The notes beneath the pieces are model-generated. The model made no database searches. It had not been told where the DNA came from and saw only the letters and a list, made by a program, of their open reading frames with translations. 64,000 bases of DNA from Flavobacteriales bacterium. GTDB lineage: Bacteria > Bacteroidota > Bacteroidia > NS11-12g > UBA9320. Position numbers and translations under genes: made by a program. Positions 50,075-60,213 of this stretch are shown here, piece after piece (the first letter of the stretch is position 1; every line of letters starts with the position of its first letter). Location of the stretch: assembly GCA_020635455.1 (NCBI GenBank), contig JACJZT010000003.1, positions 522,143 to 586,142 of the forward strand, written 5' to 3'.

Positions 50075-52777
50075 ATGAAACGCCTGCAATATAGTTTGCT
50101 GATCAGTTTTTTATTCCCATTGATCGCCAATGCGCAATTCTCTTCAATACCTGTAAAGGTAACGGACAACATTCCAAAGCTATCGTCTGCCAAATTGGGG
50201 AAAAAATCGGCTGCAAATCCAAAAAACTGTGAGCGTGATACGGTTCAATATCCCAGATATAAGGCTTCCAGATTGTTTTTTGTAAACATGCGGCAAGGAT
50301 ATTCCCTTGGTCAATTTTACGGTACTCCTCAAGAAATTACGGTTCATGGTTTTACGTTTTACGCTTTTGTGAATGCCAATCCCCCAAGCCCAAAGAACGT
50401 GCGCGTAATTTGCAATCTTTACCGGGCAGGTGCAGATTCATTACCGTCCGGCATACCACTCAGAAGCGATACGGTAAGTGTGGATTCAACCCTTGGTGGA
50501 GGGCTACTGAGCAACGTCGTTAAACACGCTGTTTTCAAAACTCCCATTACCTTAAATTTTCCCTATATTCTTACCGTTGAATCGGATAGCAGCAGCCTCA
50601 ACACCTCGGTTGTTCTTAACGACTGGACCAGTCATGATGGGGACAGTACCAATTTTATGTGTGGAACCGTAACCGGCAGATGGTACAGAGGTTTAAGTCT
50701 TAATATTGGAGGAAACGTTTTGGACGCAGACGTGTTGCTTCATCCTCATGTAACGTATAAATTTGGTACGGATTTCAATTTTAAGGATTGCTCTGAATTT
50801 ATGGATACCATTAAATTCAAGAATCAATACCGGTCGAATGTTTCCGGCAGTTATTTTTACAACCTCTATAGTTTTTATCCTTACGACTGGTTTTGTCATC
50901 AGTGGAACTATGGTGATCAGCCTTTCAGCACCTATGTAGAGGAGGGGGCAAGAAAGTATACTGCTAAGAACAATTACAACGTTCGTTTGGTAAGCAGGGT
51001 CTTTCAGTATCATGGTGGTATTTGTTACGACACAACCATTAAAACAATACACTTTCAGCCCAGGAAACCGTCTGTGCTTTCCAACACGAACATTTGTCGC
51101 GGTGATTCTGCTAATATTTCAGTATCCACAGATGCCGGAGCAGTCATAAAATGGTATAAAAATCCGGCAGATACTACGGTTATATATACTGGAAATACAC
51201 TAAAACTTGGCATTCCTCAAAAGAACGATACCTTTTATCTCCGGGCAATAAATGCCAACTGTGTCAGCACTTATTCAACCCTGATCGTTAGAGTTCACGA
51301 TTATCCGGTAAATCCGGAAATACAGGACGATAGTATATGCACGGGTGCCAAGGCCAATTTAAGGGCCGAAAGCAAAATCGGAATTACGGATTGGTACTTA
51401 GACAGTACTTCCTTTCCGATCTTCAGTGGAAATATCCTTCAAACAGGTGTTTTGAATTCCGACTTGTCGTATTATGTAAGATCCAATAACAACGGATGTA
51501 TGAGTCCATCTTTCCAAAAGGTGACGGCTTATGTTGACAATAGCTTTGCACCCGAGGACCCTGAAATTTCCAAGGATACCATTATTTGCCTGAGACCACA
51601 GGGTGTCGCTACCCTTAAGGCAAAAAACCAAAACAACGACAGTATTTACTGGTACACAGCTGCCAGTGGCGGTAAGTCGATTTCAGCCGGGAATACCTAT
51701 GTTTTTAATGCAATCTCAAAAGGGGAGAATACTCTCTACGTAGAAGCTTCCAAATCAGGATGTGCAAGCAGCAGGTTACCTATACGGATCAGAGTAAGTG
51801 ATTATCCTGCCATCAGCAACATCTTTCCTGATGTAAAATGCAAGGGTGATACAGCCTTGGTTGGAGCCTTATTGTCGGCGCCCGGTAATTTATACTGGTA
51901 TGACCAGCAAACGGGTGGAAACCTCCTTGGGACTGGTTCCGTAATACAGTATTTTACCGATAAGAGCACCACCTTATATGCAGAAGCCGGAGAAGACGGA
52001 TGCATTAATCCAAACCGCAGCCCGGTAAGCATAACCATCAATCAATATGACGATGTAAGCAATGTTAACAATCCATTATTATGTGGCAGTCAGGAAGCTT
52101 TGGTTGTTATTACCGCCGGTAATAGTGAAATAAAGTGGTATGAAGACGCTGAAGCCACTAAAAAAGTATTTACCGGCCCTGTTTTTAAAACTCCCAAATT
52201 GCTTGTTTCAACCAATTATTATTACACGCTTGAAAAGGACGGTTGTATAAGCCCTGTAAAGAAAGTATTCCTGGAAATTTTGCCATTGCCCATTCCGGGA
52301 TTCAGTGACAGCATAATTACCGGACACAGGATACGGTTTAAACCTTATGCCACAACCAACGTTAAATACAATTGGGACATGGGCGACGGAAACAAATATA
52401 CCAGCCAGATGGTAACCCATGGATACGCCTTATACGGGACCTACAAGGTACAGCTAAAGGTTTCCTTTCTAAGTTCGGGTTGTGCCGACAGTTTCAGTAA
52501 AGATGTGGTATTTGATTTTTCCGGTATTGAAACCCGAAACTTAAATGGCTTAAGCATTTATCCAAACCCGTCAAAAGGTATTTTTACCATCAGGGTTTCA
52601 AGTTACGACCAAAATACTGTGTTAAAAGTATATGCTTCTAACGGCAAACTCCTTTGGTCCCAGGCATTAAAATCAAAAACAGAAGAGATCGATCTCACCG
52701 GCTTGCCTAAGGGTATTTATTCGCTGCTACTTACTTCAGAAAAAACAAACCAGTACAAAAAAATAATTATCGAGTAA
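50075..52777 (+). CDS. T9SS C-terminal sorting-domain secreted protein with internal Ig-like repeats
   Basis: Signal peptide. A repeating roughly 90-aa unit with WY motifs. C-terminal Por_Secre_tail (LSIYPNPSKGIFTI ... GIYSLLL). 900 aa. Confidence 0.7.
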   Translation: MKRLQYSLLISFLFPLIANAQFSSIPVKVTDNIPKLSSAKLGKKSAANPKNCERDTVQYPRYKASRLFFVNMRQGYSLGQFYGTPQEITVHGFTFYAFVNANPPSPKNVRVICNLYRAGADSLPSGIPLRSDTVSVDSTLGGGLLSNVVKHAVFKTPITLNFPYILTVESDSSSLNTSVVLNDWTSHDGDSTNFMCGTVTGRWYRGLSLNIGGNVLDADVLLHPHVTYKFGTDFNFKDCSEFMDTIKFKNQYRSNVSGSYFYNLYSFYPYDWFCHQWNYGDQPFSTYVEEGARKYTAKNNYNVRLVSRVFQYHGGICYDTTIKTIHFQPRKPSVLSNTNICRGDSANISVSTDAGAVIKWYKNPADTTVIYTGNTLKLGIPQKNDTFYLRAINANCVSTYSTLIVRVHDYPVNPEIQDDSICTGAKANLRAESKIGITDWYLDSTSFPIFSGNILQTGVLNSDLSYYVRSNNNGCMSPSFQKVTAYVDNSFAPEDPEISKDTIICLRPQGVATLKAKNQNNDSIYWYTAASGGKSISAGNTYVFNAISKGENTLYVEASKSGCASSRLPIRIRVSDYPAISNIFPDVKCKGDTALVGALLSAPGNLYWYDQQTGGNLLGTGSVIQYFTDKSTTLYAEAGEDGCINPNRSPVSITINQYDDVSNVNNPLLCGSQEALVVITAGNSEIKWYEDAEATKKVFTGPVFKTPKLLVSTNYYYTLEKDGCISPVKKVFLEILPLPIPGFSDSIITGHRIRFKPYATTNVKYNWDMGDGNKYTSQMVTHGYALYGTYKVQLKVSFLSSGCADSFSKDVVFDFSGIETRNLNGLSIYPNPSKGIFTIRVSSYDQNTVLKVYASNGKLLWSQALKSKTEEIDLTGLPKGIYSLLLTSEKTNQYKKIIIE

Positions 52778-52966
52778 GTCTTCATTGTTCTTTCTGTTAA
52801 GTTGATCCTTCAGGCTCTGAGCATAATTTTTAAAGATCTGAAGTACTTGTGTACCTTTTATGGGATATTCAATTTGGCAGGGAAAAGTTGGGGGTAAAAA
52901 GAAATAAATATTTAATGAAATATTTGTTTTTTTGAATACTGAATTAAGACTGCAAGCAACCAATTC

Positions 52967-53863
52967 ATGGCTGTAAAAACAAAAAAAAGAGATCCGTCGT
53001 CCTGGCCACCCATCATCAGTATTTCCATAATCTTATTTCTTCTTGGTTTGTCGGGTTTGATGTTTATTACCGGACAAAAGATCGTAAGTAATCTCAAAGA
53101 AAAAGTATACGTTAATGTGTATTTCGACAAGTCAACCACCGAGAGGGAAATACTTACGGTTCTCGACTCCATTAAGAAAAAAGCGTACACCCGGGAAGCT
53201 TATTATTTGAGCAGCGACGAGGCCGCAAAAGGATATAAACAAGAATTGGATCAGGATTTTGTAGAGATATTGGGTTACAATCCTTTACCGGATGGAATTG
53301 AACTTTCGGTAAAATCCAAATATGGCGACCATAACACACTTCGCATCATAGAAAAAGAACTTTACAAATATAACGGAGTTACTGAAGTGGTCACTCAAAC
53401 CAATCTGATCGATGAAATCAATAAAAACAAGGAGCTCGTTTCCGGGATTTTTGCAGCATTGGCTGTTTTGTTCATCTTTATCTCTTTTTTCCTCATAAAC
53501 GGAACCATTCGGTTGAGCATTTACAGTAAACGTTTCCTGATCAGAAGCATGCAACTGGTTGGCGCTACCGAAATGTTCATCGTAAAACCCTTTCTGAAAA
53601 AATCCGTTATACAAGCCTTGATTGGATTTTTGATCTCGGTGTTTTTTCTGTTCCTTACCATTTACATTGTTGGCAACTGGGCAAATGATCTGATCTTTTC
53701 CGGACAAATGAAATGGATAGATGCAGACAACAAGCAAGAAGAATTCATAACTTATGGCATTTTATTTACTTCCCTTATGTTAATAGGTGTATTAATTTCT
53801 TTAATTTGCACCTATTGGTCTACAAAACGATATTTGCATTCCAAAATAGAAGATCTTTACTAG
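52967..53863 (+). CDS. ftsX: cell division permease-like protein FtsX
   Basis: 298 aa. An N-terminal TM helix, a periplasmic domain and three C-terminal TM helices in the FtsX pattern. Confidence 0.8.
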   Translation: MAVKTKKRDPSSWPPIISISIILFLLGLSGLMFITGQKIVSNLKEKVYVNVYFDKSTTEREILTVLDSIKKKAYTREAYYLSSDEAAKGYKQELDQDFVEILGYNPLPDGIELSVKSKYGDHNTLRIIEKELYKYNGVTEVVTQTNLIDEINKNKELVSGIFAALAVLFIFISFFLINGTIRLSIYSKRFLIRSMQLVGATEMFIVKPFLKKSVIQALIGFLISVFFLFLTIYIVGNWANDLIFSGQMKWIDADNKQEEFITYGILFTSLMLIGVLISLICTYWSTKRYLHSKIEDLY

Positions 53864-53869
53864 AAAATT

Positions 53870-54145
53870 ATGTCTAAGAAAAATCAGGTAAAAAATAAAC
53901 CGGAGGTTAAAGCCCCTGTATCAAGTAAAATTGATATGGTATTCACCCGACAGAACTACATTCTCACTGCCATTGCATTTGCTGTGGTCATCATTGGTTT
54001 TTTACTGATGTATGCCGATAAGGATGAGGTTTATGGTTTCCGAAGCATGACACTTGCTCCGATCGTAGTGTTGTTAGGTTTTATCATCGGGGTTTATGCG
54101 ATCATGTATAAACCTAAATCTGATTCAGACAATGGGGCTGATTGA
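53870..54145 (+). CDS. DUF3098-like small membrane protein
   Basis: 91 aa with two TM helices. Its position downstream of ftsX is typical in Bacteroidetes. Confidence 0.5.
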   Translation: MSKKNQVKNKPEVKAPVSSKIDMVFTRQNYILTAIAFAVVIIGFLLMYADKDEVYGFRSMTLAPIVVLLGFIIGVYAIMYKPKSDSDNGAD

Positions 54146-54929
54146 AGCCGTTATCCTTGCCATAATTGAAGGAATAACTGAGTACATTCCTGTAAGCAGT
54201 ACAGGACATATGATCATTGCATCTTCATTTTTAGGTATTCAATCCGAGGATTTTGTTAAGCTCTTTACGGTTTGCATTCAGTTAGGAGCCATTTTAGCCG
54301 TTGTTGTGCTTTACTGGAAACGTTTTTTCAGATCCCTTTCATTTTATTATAAGTTATTCGTAGCCTTTATACCAGCCGTTATAATTGGATTGCTTTTCAA
54401 AGATCTTATCGATGCTATGTTGGAAAATGTGCTGGTAGTTGCCATTTCCCTCATTACAGGTGGTGTGGTGCTGGTTTTCATCGACCAACTTTTTAATAAA
54501 GGTACCATCGATTCGGAAGACGATACATCGTATTCCAGTGCTTTGGTGATCGGAATATTTCAAACCATAAGTATGATCCCCGGTGTATCCCGGTCGGCAG
54601 CAACCATAATCGGAGGTATGGCAAGAGGCCTTACCCGAAAAGCTGCTGCTGAATTCTCTTTTTTTCTTGCAGTACCTACCATGTTCGCCGCAACTTCCAA
54701 ATCACTTTTTGATTATTATCAGGAAGGAATGTCCCTTTCGAACGAAGAGTGGAAACTCCTTGGTATTGGAAATCTGATCGCATTTATAGTTTCAGTGATC
54801 GCGATTCGCTTTATGATACGCATTCTGACCAAATACGGTTTCAAATATTTTGGTTATTACCGAATACTTGCCGGAGCCATAATCATCGTACTCTATTTTT
54901 CAGGTGTTCAGTTGAACATTATTGATTAA
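54132..54929 (+). CDS. uppP: undecaprenyl-diphosphate phosphatase
   Basis: BacA/UppP motifs ([15 protein letters not shown] and [10 protein letters not shown]). The start was chosen at the MGLIEAV Met (54132), inside the longer ORF-track frame. Confidence 0.9.
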   Translation: MGLIEAVILAIIEGITEYIPVSSTGHMIIASSFLGIQSEDFVKLFTVCIQLGAILAVVVLYWKRFFRSLSFYYKLFVAFIPAVIIGLLFKDLIDAMLENVLVVAISLITGGVVLVFIDQLFNKGTIDSEDDTSYSSALVIGIFQTISMIPGVSRSAATIIGGMARGLTRKAAAEFSFFLAVPTMFAATSKSLFDYYQEGMSLSNEEWKLLGIGNLIAFIVSVIAIRFMIRILTKYGFKYFGYYRILAGAIIIVLYFSGVQLNIID

Positions 54930-55272
54930 GGAAATGAAAATTTCCGGTTTTGTGCTTTCCCTGATTTTAGTTTCTTCATTATCCCTGAAGGCTCAGGACC
55001 GTAACGATTCAATCAAAAACGGCAAATACGTTTTTTACTCAAAAGAGGTCAGGCACATTGATGCTTACTACAAAAATCAAAAAAGGCACAGGATATGGAC
55101 CTGGTATCTCCCGGATGGAGGAATTGATAAAAAGATCAAGTACCGGAAAGGAAAAAGGCTTTGGGTCATTTATTACGAAAAAAATAAGCCCTGGATAAAA
55201 ATTGACCGCTACGGAAAACGAAGGATCATACGTCCATGCAAATGCAGGGAAAGGGACATGCCGGGTGGTTAA
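54922..55272 (+). CDS. hypothetical secreted protein
   Basis: Signal peptide followed by a basic, W/Y-rich repeat-like region. 116 aa. Confidence 0.35.
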   Translation: MIKEMKISGFVLSLILVSSLSLKAQDRNDSIKNGKYVFYSKEVRHIDAYYKNQKRHRIWTWYLPDGGIDKKIKYRKGKRLWVIYYEKNKPWIKIDRYGKRRIIRPCKCRERDMPGG

Positions 55273-55321
55273 GTACAAACTTGTTCAATGCTTTAACTTC
55301 AGGATATATTTCAAAACTGTT

Positions 55322-56836
55322 TTACGGTTTTTTTGCATGATAGACAGAACTTCCTACATAAATTTGTTCGCGATCTATTAAAAACCCCCTTTCTGTGAAT
55401 TTATTTACAATGTACTCATCTTCTTTTTCATCATTTTCGTTACGTTTATGAGTTACATGGGAAAACAGTATCCAAACTGAAGAATTTAATCCGGAGATAG
55501 GCTTTTGATACTTAGACCAGTTGTTTCGGTTGGAAGAGGTCAGGACTATATCTTTATCCGTAATACCTGTTTCAGGACCGAACAGGTCCCTGTAAAACTG
55601 AAACGCAGGTGTAGCTCCGTAATAAACATATATTTTTTCTCCTTCAGTGTAGTTCGACCGAATATACGACATTGACTTTTTGATCTCCTCTTTCTCTATC
55701 GGGAACCCATATCTAAACAACATAAAAATATTACTGCTTATCAATAATGGAAATAGAAAATTTAAGGCTTTGTATTTCTGAAAAAAATTCAGGATGACCG
55801 AAAATCCGTAAAATAGGATGAGAACAAAGTTAGGAAACTGATATAAGATCATTCTCTTGCTAAAAGGGTAGATCTTAAAATAAGCGATGATCAAATGAAG
55901 TACAAAAGGTGAAATCAATAAATAAAAATACCCGGGTACTTTTCGGTACAATTTATATAAACCAATTACCGGGAACGGAAGAAATACCATTGAATAGACC
56001 GAAAAATTCATCATTTCAAAAAAAAGGGTGAACTTAGAAGAAACCGATCTGTAAAAAGTGGCATCCAGAACATCATGAGAAATGAATGCACCGGCATTTT
56101 GCCAGTATTCTACCATAAATTTGGTACTTGGGTGCCCGTCAATGAAAGCATAATAATAGAAGATAAATGAAATTAACCAGCTGCCCGGAACTTTAAGAAT
56201 AAACGAATAGTTTCTTTTTGATGCCTTAAACTCAGTGTAAAGTATATACAGACCTATTAAAAAAAGCAATAATACAGCTACATTAGATAACCAGATCGCG
56301 ATAACGCCAATAATCGAATACAACCACCATTTGTCTTTAAGTTTTCCCTCAATGTAAAGTATAGCATAATAGGTCAGGGTTAATCCAACAACAACATCGG
56401 TCATATATTGCTTTACTTCAGCCGAATAGGATACAACCAGGATGGTTGTTGCATAGAATGTAGTGGCATAAAGACTTGTTAATTTGTCCTTAAAGATAAA
56501 AACTGTGATCGAAAGGAAGAAGTAAACTGAAACGAAAAAAGAAACTATCGATACGATACGCATCGACCAATCAGAATTTCCAAAGATCAGGCTAAAGGTT
56601 TTCTCCAGCATCAGGTAACCTATGGGCGCCACCTGGTTATGGTCCAGTGCCTTCAATAAGCCTGTCCATGATCTGTCGGTGATGTTTAATGCAAGCTTCG
56701 CTTCATCTGACCATAAACTTCGGAAACTCAGGAAATTGAAAAATACCAGTCCAAGTGCAAGCAGTAAAAACCCCCATGCAATCTTGAATTGCATAGAATT
56801 AGCAGAATTATCATTTTTAACATATAGCCAACTCAC
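55322..56836 (-). CDS. GT39/GT83-like (ArnT/PMT-type) membrane glycosyltransferase family protein
   Basis: Polytopic membrane protein with a first-loop SLWSDEA motif resembling the ArnT/PMT DE motif. 504 aa. Confidence 0.5.
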   Translation of the reverse strand: MSWLYVKNDNSANSMQFKIAWGFLLLALGLVFFNFLSFRSLWSDEAKLALNITDRSWTGLLKALDHNQVAPIGYLMLEKTFSLIFGNSDWSMRIVSIVSFFVSVYFFLSITVFIFKDKLTSLYATTFYATTILVVSYSAEVKQYMTDVVVGLTLTYYAILYIEGKLKDKWWLYSIIGVIAIWLSNVAVLLLFLIGLYILYTEFKASKRNYSFILKVPGSWLISFIFYYYAFIDGHPSTKFMVEYWQNAGAFISHDVLDATFYRSVSSKFTLFFEMMNFSVYSMVFLPFPVIGLYKLYRKVPGYFYLLISPFVLHLIIAYFKIYPFSKRMILYQFPNFVLILFYGFSVILNFFQKYKALNFLFPLLISSNIFMLFRYGFPIEKEEIKKSMSYIRSNYTEGEKIYVYYGATPAFQFYRDLFGPETGITDKDIVLTSSNRNNWSKYQKPISGLNSSVWILFSHVTHKRNENDEKEDEYIVNKFTERGFLIDREQIYVGSSVYHAKKP

Positions 56837-56864
56837 CTACTAAGAGCATGGTTTAAAAGTCTTT

Positions 56865-58406
56865 TTAAAGTGGAATGTTACCATGCTTCTTTTTAGGAAG
56901 GTTCACTACTTTATTTTCGAGCATCTTAAACGCTTTTATAAGTTTAATTCGTGTTTCTTCCGGTAGGATCACTTCATCAATAAATCCTCTCTCTGCCGCT
57001 CGGTATGGGTTGGCAAATATTCCTGCATACTCAGCCTCTTTTTGCTTCCATGCTTCTTCGGGATCACCCGATTCTGTGATCTCCTTTTTAAAGATTATTT
57101 CTGCAGCACCTTTGGCACCCATAACTGCGATCTCAGCCGATGGCCAGGCAAAATTCATATCGGCACCAATATGTTTACTGTTCATAACATCATAAGCTCC
57201 TCCATATGCTTTTCTGGTAATTACCGTTACTCTCGGAACGGTGGCTTCGCAGAAGGCATATAATAATTTAGCACCGTTGGTAATAATGGCATTCCACTCC
57301 TGATCCGTACCGGGTAAAAATCCTGGCACGTCTTCCAAAACGAGAAGCGGTATGTTGAACGAGTCGCAAAACCTAACAAACCGGGCAGCCTTCTGACTAC
57401 TTTTAACATCCAAAACCCCTGCTAAAAATGCAGGCTGATTTGCCACGATCCCAATACTTCTGCCAGCCAGACGTGCAAATCCCACCACAATGTTCTCTGC
57501 AAAATCTTTGTGAACCTCAAAAAAAGTTTCTTCATCAATAATTCCTTCAATAACTTCTTTTATATCATAAGGTTGGTTCGGATTCTCGGGTACACAGTTT
57601 TTCAAGGCTTCACGCAATTCGTTATCCTTTAAGGTATAACTCATAAAGGGCGGTCTTTCTTCACAATTTTGCGGAATGTAACTCAATAATTTCCGCAAAT
57701 TATTCATGGCTTCCCTTTCATTAATAGCACTGATATGAGAAACACCTGACTTGCTGCCATGAACCGATGCTCCTCCGAGTTCTTCACTGCTAACTTCTTC
57801 ATTGGTAACGGTTTTAACCACATTAGGACCTGTAACAAACATGTAAGAAGAGTTTTCCACCATCATAATAAAATCTGTAATTGCGGGACTATACACAGCA
57901 CCTCCGGCACAAGGTCCCATTATAACGGAAATTTGTGGAACGACGCCACTGGCTAAAGTGTTTCTGTAAAAAATATCTGCATAACCTCCCAAAGAAACAA
58001 CGCCTTCCTGTATCCTGGCTCCACCGCTGTCGTTCAAGCCAATTAAAGGAGCTCCGTTTTTCATTGCCATGTCCATGATCTTGCAAATCTTTTCGGCATG
58101 CGTTTCACTCAGGGAACCTCCAAAAACTGTAAAATCCTGTGAAAACACAAAAATCAATCTTCCATTAACCGTGCCATATCCTGTAATAACTCCGTCACCG
58201 GGGTAATGGATCTTTTCCATTCCGAAATCTGTACTGCGGTGTTTTACAAAGGCATCGATCTCTTCAAAACTACCTCTGTCCAACAAAAGGTGCAATCGCT
58301 CTCTGGCAGTCAATTTTCCTTTATTATGCTGGGCATCTATGCGATTTACACCTCCACCAAGCTTTGCAAGTTCTCTCTTGTGAATGAGTTTTTCTCTTTT
58401 ATCCAT
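56865..58406 (-). CDS. acyl-CoA carboxylase carboxyltransferase beta subunit (propionyl-/methylmalonyl-CoA type)
   Basis: 513 aa. Canonical carboxyltransferase N-terminal and C-terminal subdomains along the full length. Confidence 0.9.
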   Translation of the reverse strand: MDKREKLIHKRELAKLGGGVNRIDAQHNKGKLTARERLHLLLDRGSFEEIDAFVKHRSTDFGMEKIHYPGDGVITGYGTVNGRLIFVFSQDFTVFGGSLSETHAEKICKIMDMAMKNGAPLIGLNDSGGARIQEGVVSLGGYADIFYRNTLASGVVPQISVIMGPCAGGAVYSPAITDFIMMVENSSYMFVTGPNVVKTVTNEEVSSEELGGASVHGSKSGVSHISAINEREAMNNLRKLLSYIPQNCEERPPFMSYTLKDNELREALKNCVPENPNQPYDIKEVIEGIIDEETFFEVHKDFAENIVVGFARLAGRSIGIVANQPAFLAGVLDVKSSQKAARFVRFCDSFNIPLLVLEDVPGFLPGTDQEWNAIITNGAKLLYAFCEATVPRVTVITRKAYGGAYDVMNSKHIGADMNFAWPSAEIAVMGAKGAAEIIFKKEITESGDPEEAWKQKEAEYAGIFANPYRAAERGFIDEVILPEETRIKLIKAFKMLENKVVNLPKKKHGNIPL

Positions 58407-58443
58407 ATATATTTTTTTAGCCTAAAAAAGGCTTTAAATTTAT

Positions 58444-59202
58444 TTAATTTTCCTCCAGAGCTTCAATAATTTCAGGGGTTAATTCCAAATTGTGATAAAC
58501 CGTATTCACATCATCGTCATCTTCAAGTTTATCGATCATTCTAAGCACCTTTAAAGCTTCGGTTAATTCGAGATGTTTATAAAGTATCGGTATTTGTTGA
58601 ATTCCGGCTTCTTCAACTTCCACCTTGAATTCATCGAGTTTCTTTTGCATGTTGCCAAAATTCTCGAACGAGCAAATGATCTCCGTTTTTTCATCCGTTT
58701 GTTCGATCTCCTCTGCACCTGCATCAATTATGTCAAACTCAAACTTTTCAGGATCAATACCGGCGATCTTTTCGTTGAGAATGGTAAAAACCCCCTTTGG
58801 GCTAAAAATAAAACTCAGTGAACCCTTGGTCCCTAAGCTGCCTCCGGCTTTTAAAAAGATACTGCGTATGTTGGCAACGGTTCGGTTAACATTATCTGTG
58901 GTGGTTTCAATATAAATCCCCACCCCTCCATTGGAATACCCTTCATAAGAATGTTCCTGAAAATTATCACCCTCACCGCCCGTGGCCTTATTTATGGCAT
59001 TTTCGATCTTGTCTTTGGGTATATTGGCCCCTCTTGCATTTTGCATTGCCAACCTCAGGGCCGGATTGCTTTCAGGATTTGTTCCTCCGTCGCGACTTGC
59101 AATGGTAATCTCCCTTAAGATCCTTGTAAATAATTTTGCTCTTCTTTTATCCTGCGCCCCTTTGCGGTGTTTGATATTTGCCCATTTACTATGCCCTGCC
59201 AT
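58444..59202 (-). CDS. YebC/PmpR-family DNA-binding transcriptional regulator
   Basis: MAGHSKWANIKHRKGAQDKRRAKLFTRI is the YebC family signature. 252 aa. Confidence 0.9.
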   Translation of the reverse strand: MAGHSKWANIKHRKGAQDKRRAKLFTRILREITIASRDGGTNPESNPALRLAMQNARGANIPKDKIENAINKATGGEGDNFQEHSYEGYSNGGVGIYIETTTDNVNRTVANIRSIFLKAGGSLGTKGSLSFIFSPKGVFTILNEKIAGIDPEKFEFDIIDAGAEEIEQTDEKTEIICSFENFGNMQKKLDEFKVEVEEAGIQQIPILYKHLELTEALKVLRMIDKLEDDDDVNTVYHNLELTPEIIEALEEN

Positions 59203-59318
59203 TCAAGTACAAAAATAAGGATAGCTTAACTTAATTAATAATAATCTTCAATTGGCAAGCTGCATAAAAAAGGCTGCCCTTAAAAAGTAGCAGCCTCTTT
59301 GTGGGAGTATGTCGATCC

Positions 59319-60167
59319 CTATCTGGATATGATTAATTTATTTGTTTCGCTGTATGATCCGGTAGATACTTTGTAATAATAAATTCCCGGAGTTAAACCT
59401 TCTACATCAACTTCAGCAGTGTAAGTTCCGTAATTCTGCTTTTCGTTAAGAATTTCCTTCACCATCTTTCCACTCATGTCATATAATTCAACTTTTACAT
59501 CCGAAGTGGTGTTGATCTGATAACGGATCGTTGCTTTATCGGAAACAGGGTTTGGGCTGATCTCTGGAGCACCAACAAGGTTGTTGTTCAATTCCTTAGC
59601 AGTTGCAGAGTTTTCAGAAAACTTAACATTATCTAATATCATGCTTGTTCCTTGTAAACGAACGGTAGAAACCGAAGTAATGAAAGAAATATAAGCGGTA
59701 TCAGGATTTCCTGTTATTTTGTATTTATCGCTTAATTCGAGGATGGCTTCTTTCCATGGATATGAAGCGGAAGGGAACACAAAGGCAACACTGATCAAGG
59801 TATCAACAGACATGGTTGTAGTGTTGTATTTTGTTAATCGTACTATCGCTGCAGCAGCTTCACCTTGTCCTGCAGGTAAATAATTGTACATGAAACGAAA
59901 AGAATTAGGTCGTTGCGAATAGGCAAATTTTTGGCTAATACTAGCAACTGTAGTTGTGTTTTGTAAGAATGCCATTTTAGTACCGTTTACAGGTAAAATA
60001 ACTTCTTGTCCGCCTGAAGATAGGTTCACAGTAACTTTATCAATGATCTGTGCATTGTTACCTTTCCATTCTGTAGCCCCATCTTCAAAACCACCGTTTG
60101 GAACCATTTGAGCGAAAGCTCCTGTTCCAATTAAGATGGAACATAATACAGTAAATATTTTTTTCAT
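59319..60167 (-). CDS. T9SS C-terminal sorting-domain secreted protein
   Basis: Signal peptide and a C-terminal Por tail (ISPNPVSDKATIRYQ ... VKVELYDMSGKMV ... GIYYYKV). Confidence 0.65.
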   Translation of the reverse strand: MKKIFTVLCSILIGTGAFAQMVPNGGFEDGATEWKGNNAQIIDKVTVNLSSGGQEVILPVNGTKMAFLQNTTTVASISQKFAYSQRPNSFRFMYNYLPAGQGEAAAAIVRLTKYNTTTMSVDTLISVAFVFPSASYPWKEAILELSDKYKITGNPDTAYISFITSVSTVRLQGTSMILDNVKFSENSATAKELNNNLVGAPEISPNPVSDKATIRYQINTTSDVKVELYDMSGKMVKEILNEKQNYGTYTAEVDVEGLTPGIYYYKVSTGSYSETNKLIISR

Positions 60168-60213
60168 GTTAATTTATTATTTTGTCAAAAATAGTAAAAT
60201 GACATAAAATATC

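Noticed and set aside
54096-54131. The longer ORF-track start for uppP
   Set aside because: It overlaps the upstream DUF3098-like gene. The conserved UppP N-terminus begins at the Met at 54132.
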